The notes beneath the pieces are model-generated. The model was not told the origin of the DNA, did no database searches, and saw only the letters and a program-made list of their open reading frames with translations. Positions 52,853 to 54,811 of a stretch of 54,811 bases of DNA are shown here, piece after piece. Positions within the stretch are counted from its first letter, which is position 1, and every line of letters starts with the position of its first letter. Origin of the DNA: Chloroflexia bacterium (lineage in GTDB: Bacteria > Chloroflexota > Chloroflexia > QHBQ01 > JADMIH01); assembly GCA_036389075.1 (NCBI GenBank), contig DASVQO010000546.1:1-54811 (forward strand), given 5' to 3'. Both the position numbers and the translations under genes were made by a program.

Positions 52853-52977
52853 GGTGCCCTGCCAATAAATTGGCGGGCTTACAAGAAGCGAAGTCTCCTA
52901 CGGAGACTACATGAGGTTCCTCAGTCTCCGAAGGAGACTTTGCCCCTTGTCAGCCCGTGGCTTTAGCCACAGGGCGC
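52853..52977. repeat. Multi-hairpin palindromic element, copy 2
   Basis: The right arm ccttgtcagcccgtggctttagccacagggcgcc matches copy 1. The left arm is a variant (ccctgccaataaattggcgggcttacaag). Internal hairpins are agtctcc-tac-ggagact and agtctcc-gaa-ggagact. A further agtcc-gca-ggact hairpin lies upstream at about 52788-52800. Confidence 0.65.
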
Positions 52978-53047
52978 CATGCGGGGCAACCCCCTGCCGC
53001 CCTCCTGCCACAAATGAGCAAGTCCTGCGGAAATCCTTCCCTCTGCT

Positions 53048-53076
53048 TTGCAGGCTTTATGCGCCCGTGCTATAAT
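53048..53076 (+). promoter_or_regulatory. Sigma70-type promoter upstream of gatB
   Basis: TTGCAG (53048-53053), a 17-nt spacer ending in TGC, then TATAAT (53071-53076). Confidence 0.55.
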
Positions 53077-53112
53077 ACAAAGCTTGTCTGTTTTAGGAGC
53101 GGTTACTAAACA

Positions 53113-54657
53113 ATGGTCAGCACACACCACTCAACAGAGGCCGGTACTTCCTTGTCCGACGCCACGCACGGCAGCCCCGGCACCCAATACACGACCACCA
53201 TCGGCCTGGAAGTGCACGCGCAACTGCTCACCGAGAGCAAGATGTACTGCGGGTGCAGCGCCGACATAGCTTACGCTCCCCCCAACTCGCACGTCTGCCC
53301 CGTCTGCATGGGCATGCCCGGCACCCTGCCCGTCATCAACTCCCAGGCCGTGCGCAAGCTCGTGCTCACCGGGCTGGCCCTCAACTGCTCGGTCCCACCT
53401 TTCTCCAAGTTCGACCGCAAGAACTACCCCTACCCAGACCTGATGAAGGGCTACCAGATTTCCCAGTACGACCTGCCCCTCTGCGTAGAGGGCCACATCG
53501 AGGTGGACGTGCCCGACGACCGGGGCAACCCAGCCACCACCTTCCGCGTGGGCATACGCCGCGTGCACCTCGAGGAGGACACCGCCCGCCTGCTGCACCG
53601 CACCGGGCCGGACGGCCCCTATACCCTCATGGACGTGAACCGCGCCGGCGTGCCCCTCATGGAGATCGTGTCGGACCCCGACATCACCTCTCCCGAACAG
53701 GCGCAACTCTTCGCGATGAAGCTGCGCCACCTCCTGCGCTGGCTCGGCGTGTCCACGGGCAACATGGAGGAAGGGGCCTTGCGAGTGGACGCCAACGTGT
53801 CGGTGCGCCCCGTGGGCCAGGCCGAGTTCGGCACCAAAGTCGAAGTGAAGAACATGAACTCGTTCAAGGCGCTACGTGCAGCGCTTGAGTACGAGGTAGA
53901 GCGGCAGACCGGCGTGCTGCGGAGCGGCGGGCGTGTGGTGCAGGAAACGCGCGGCTGGGTCGAGGGGCGCAACGTCACCGTGTCGCAACGCTCCAAGGAA
54001 GAGGCCCACGACTACCGCTACTTCCCCGAACCCGACCTGCCGCCCCTCACCTTCACTGATGCGGACATTGAGGAGTTCCGCGCCCAGCTACCGGAGCTAC
54101 CCGACGCCCGCCGCGAGCGCCTGGTGCGCGACTACGCCCTCTCGGCATACGATGCCGCGCAACTCACCACCTCGCCCGCGATTGCTGACTACTACGAGGA
54201 AGCCGTCAAGGGGCTTGGCGCGGAAGGCGCCAGGGCAGCAGCAGGTTTCGTGGTGAACGACCTCGCCAGGCTGACGTCCGAGGCGGGCACAGCGGTCGAG
54301 GAGAGCAAGCTCACCCCCGCAGCCCTGCGCGAGCTGGTGGAGCTACTCACCGGCGGCACCATCAACCGCAACATCGCCAGGGACTTGCTGCCCGAGCTAT
54401 TCAACGGCGGCGCGTCCCCCGCCCGCCTGGTGAGCGAGCGCGGCCTCGGCATTATGCGCGACGACGCGGCCCTCGAAAACGCGGTGGACGAAGCAATCAC
54501 GGCCAACCCCAAGGCCGTGGCGGACTACCTGGGGGGCAAGGAGAGCGCCATCGCCGCTTTCCTCGGCCCCATCATGCGAGCAACCAGGGGCCAGGCCGAC
54601 GCCAACGCGGTCCGAGAGTTGCTGAAACACAAGTTGGAGGCATTGCGTAACTCGTAA
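53113..54657 (+). CDS. gatB: Asp-tRNA(Asn)/Glu-tRNA(Gln) amidotransferase subunit B
   Basis: IGLEVHAQL, CPVCMGMPGTLPV, FDRKNYPYPDLMKGYQISQ, VHLEEDTARL and DVNRAGVPLMEIVS, plus a C-terminal YqeY-like tail. Confidence 0.95.
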   Translation: MVSTHHSTEAGTSLSDATHGSPGTQYTTTIGLEVHAQLLTESKMYCGCSADIAYAPPNSHVCPVCMGMPGTLPVINSQAVRKLVLTGLALNCSVPPFSKFDRKNYPYPDLMKGYQISQYDLPLCVEGHIEVDVPDDRGNPATTFRVGIRRVHLEEDTARLLHRTGPDGPYTLMDVNRAGVPLMEIVSDPDITSPEQAQLFAMKLRHLLRWLGVSTGNMEEGALRVDANVSVRPVGQAEFGTKVEVKNMNSFKALRAALEYEVERQTGVLRSGGRVVQETRGWVEGRNVTVSQRSKEEAHDYRYFPEPDLPPLTFTDADIEEFRAQLPELPDARRERLVRDYALSAYDAAQLTTSPAIADYYEEAVKGLGAEGARAAAGFVVNDLARLTSEAGTAVEESKLTPAALRELVELLTGGTINRNIARDLLPELFNGGASPARLVSERGLGIMRDDAALENAVDEAITANPKAVADYLGGKESAIAAFLGPIMRATRGQADANAVRELLKHKLEALRNS

Positions 54658-54731
54658 CACACTAAGCGTTATAAGTTACATGAGCTATCAAAGTCGATAA
54701 TCCATCTAGACTCAATGAGGAGGCTAACTAA

Positions 54732-54811
54732 TGGCGGAAACGGCCAGCAAACCCAACCCGTACCAGATAGCGGTCGAGCAGTTCATGCAGGCTGCCGACA
54801 GGCTGCACCTG
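54732..54811 (+). CDS. 5' fragment of a probable Glu/Leu/Phe/Val dehydrogenase-family gene (runs off the window)
   Basis: GAGGAGG RBS lies before the ATG. MAETASKPNPYQIAVEQFMQAADRLHL resembles the N-termini of glutamate dehydrogenases. Only 26 codons are visible. Confidence 0.35.

Overview
High-G+C bacterial chromosomal window with about 40 credible CDS. No rRNA, tRNA or CRISPR array was found. SLH-anchored surface proteins, a sortase-type sorting signal and the repeat content suggest a Chloroflexota-like organism, but this is a low-confidence inference. Most genes are housekeeping or envelope functions: dprA, fabF, rpoD, rsfS, mutS, trmB, gatB, pepF, a D-Ala-D-Ala carboxypeptidase, an ArsA/Get3-family ATPase and a CcdA-thioredoxin fusion. 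Three segments have visibly lower G+C (judged by eye, not computed) and look acquired. (i) 3.9-6.6 kb carries a gamma-class N6-adenine methyltransferase and a PD-(D/E)xK partner, likely a type II R-M pair. (ii) 26.0-29.1 kb carries a two-gene cassette whose second protein fuses about 200 aa of unknown sequence to a clear ribosomal protein bS18 domain. It sits divergent from a perfect sigma70 consensus promoter that drives a Rad52/Sak-like annealase and an excisionase-type HTH. This is my top candidate for something undescribed. (iii) 36.1-36.7 kb holds an orphan ORF. Intergenic DNA is unusually structured. It contains octamer/heptamer tandem arrays arranged as inverted arms around terminator hairpins (similar to cyanobacterial STRR repeats). 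It also contains two MITE-like subfamilies with 30-50 bp terminal inverted repeats, one copy nested inside another, and a multi-hairpin element present twice. Other notable items: a WxL/DUF916-type surface locus; a PQQ sugar dehydrogenase-SLH-cupredoxin fusion; 6- and 12-blade HWDG propeller-SLH paralogs; a recurring VQYFERARFE module in three unrelated proteins; a frameshifted M50-CBS protease; and a GGDEF-RHH fusion. All calls come from reading the sequence and the ORF translations. No database search was run.
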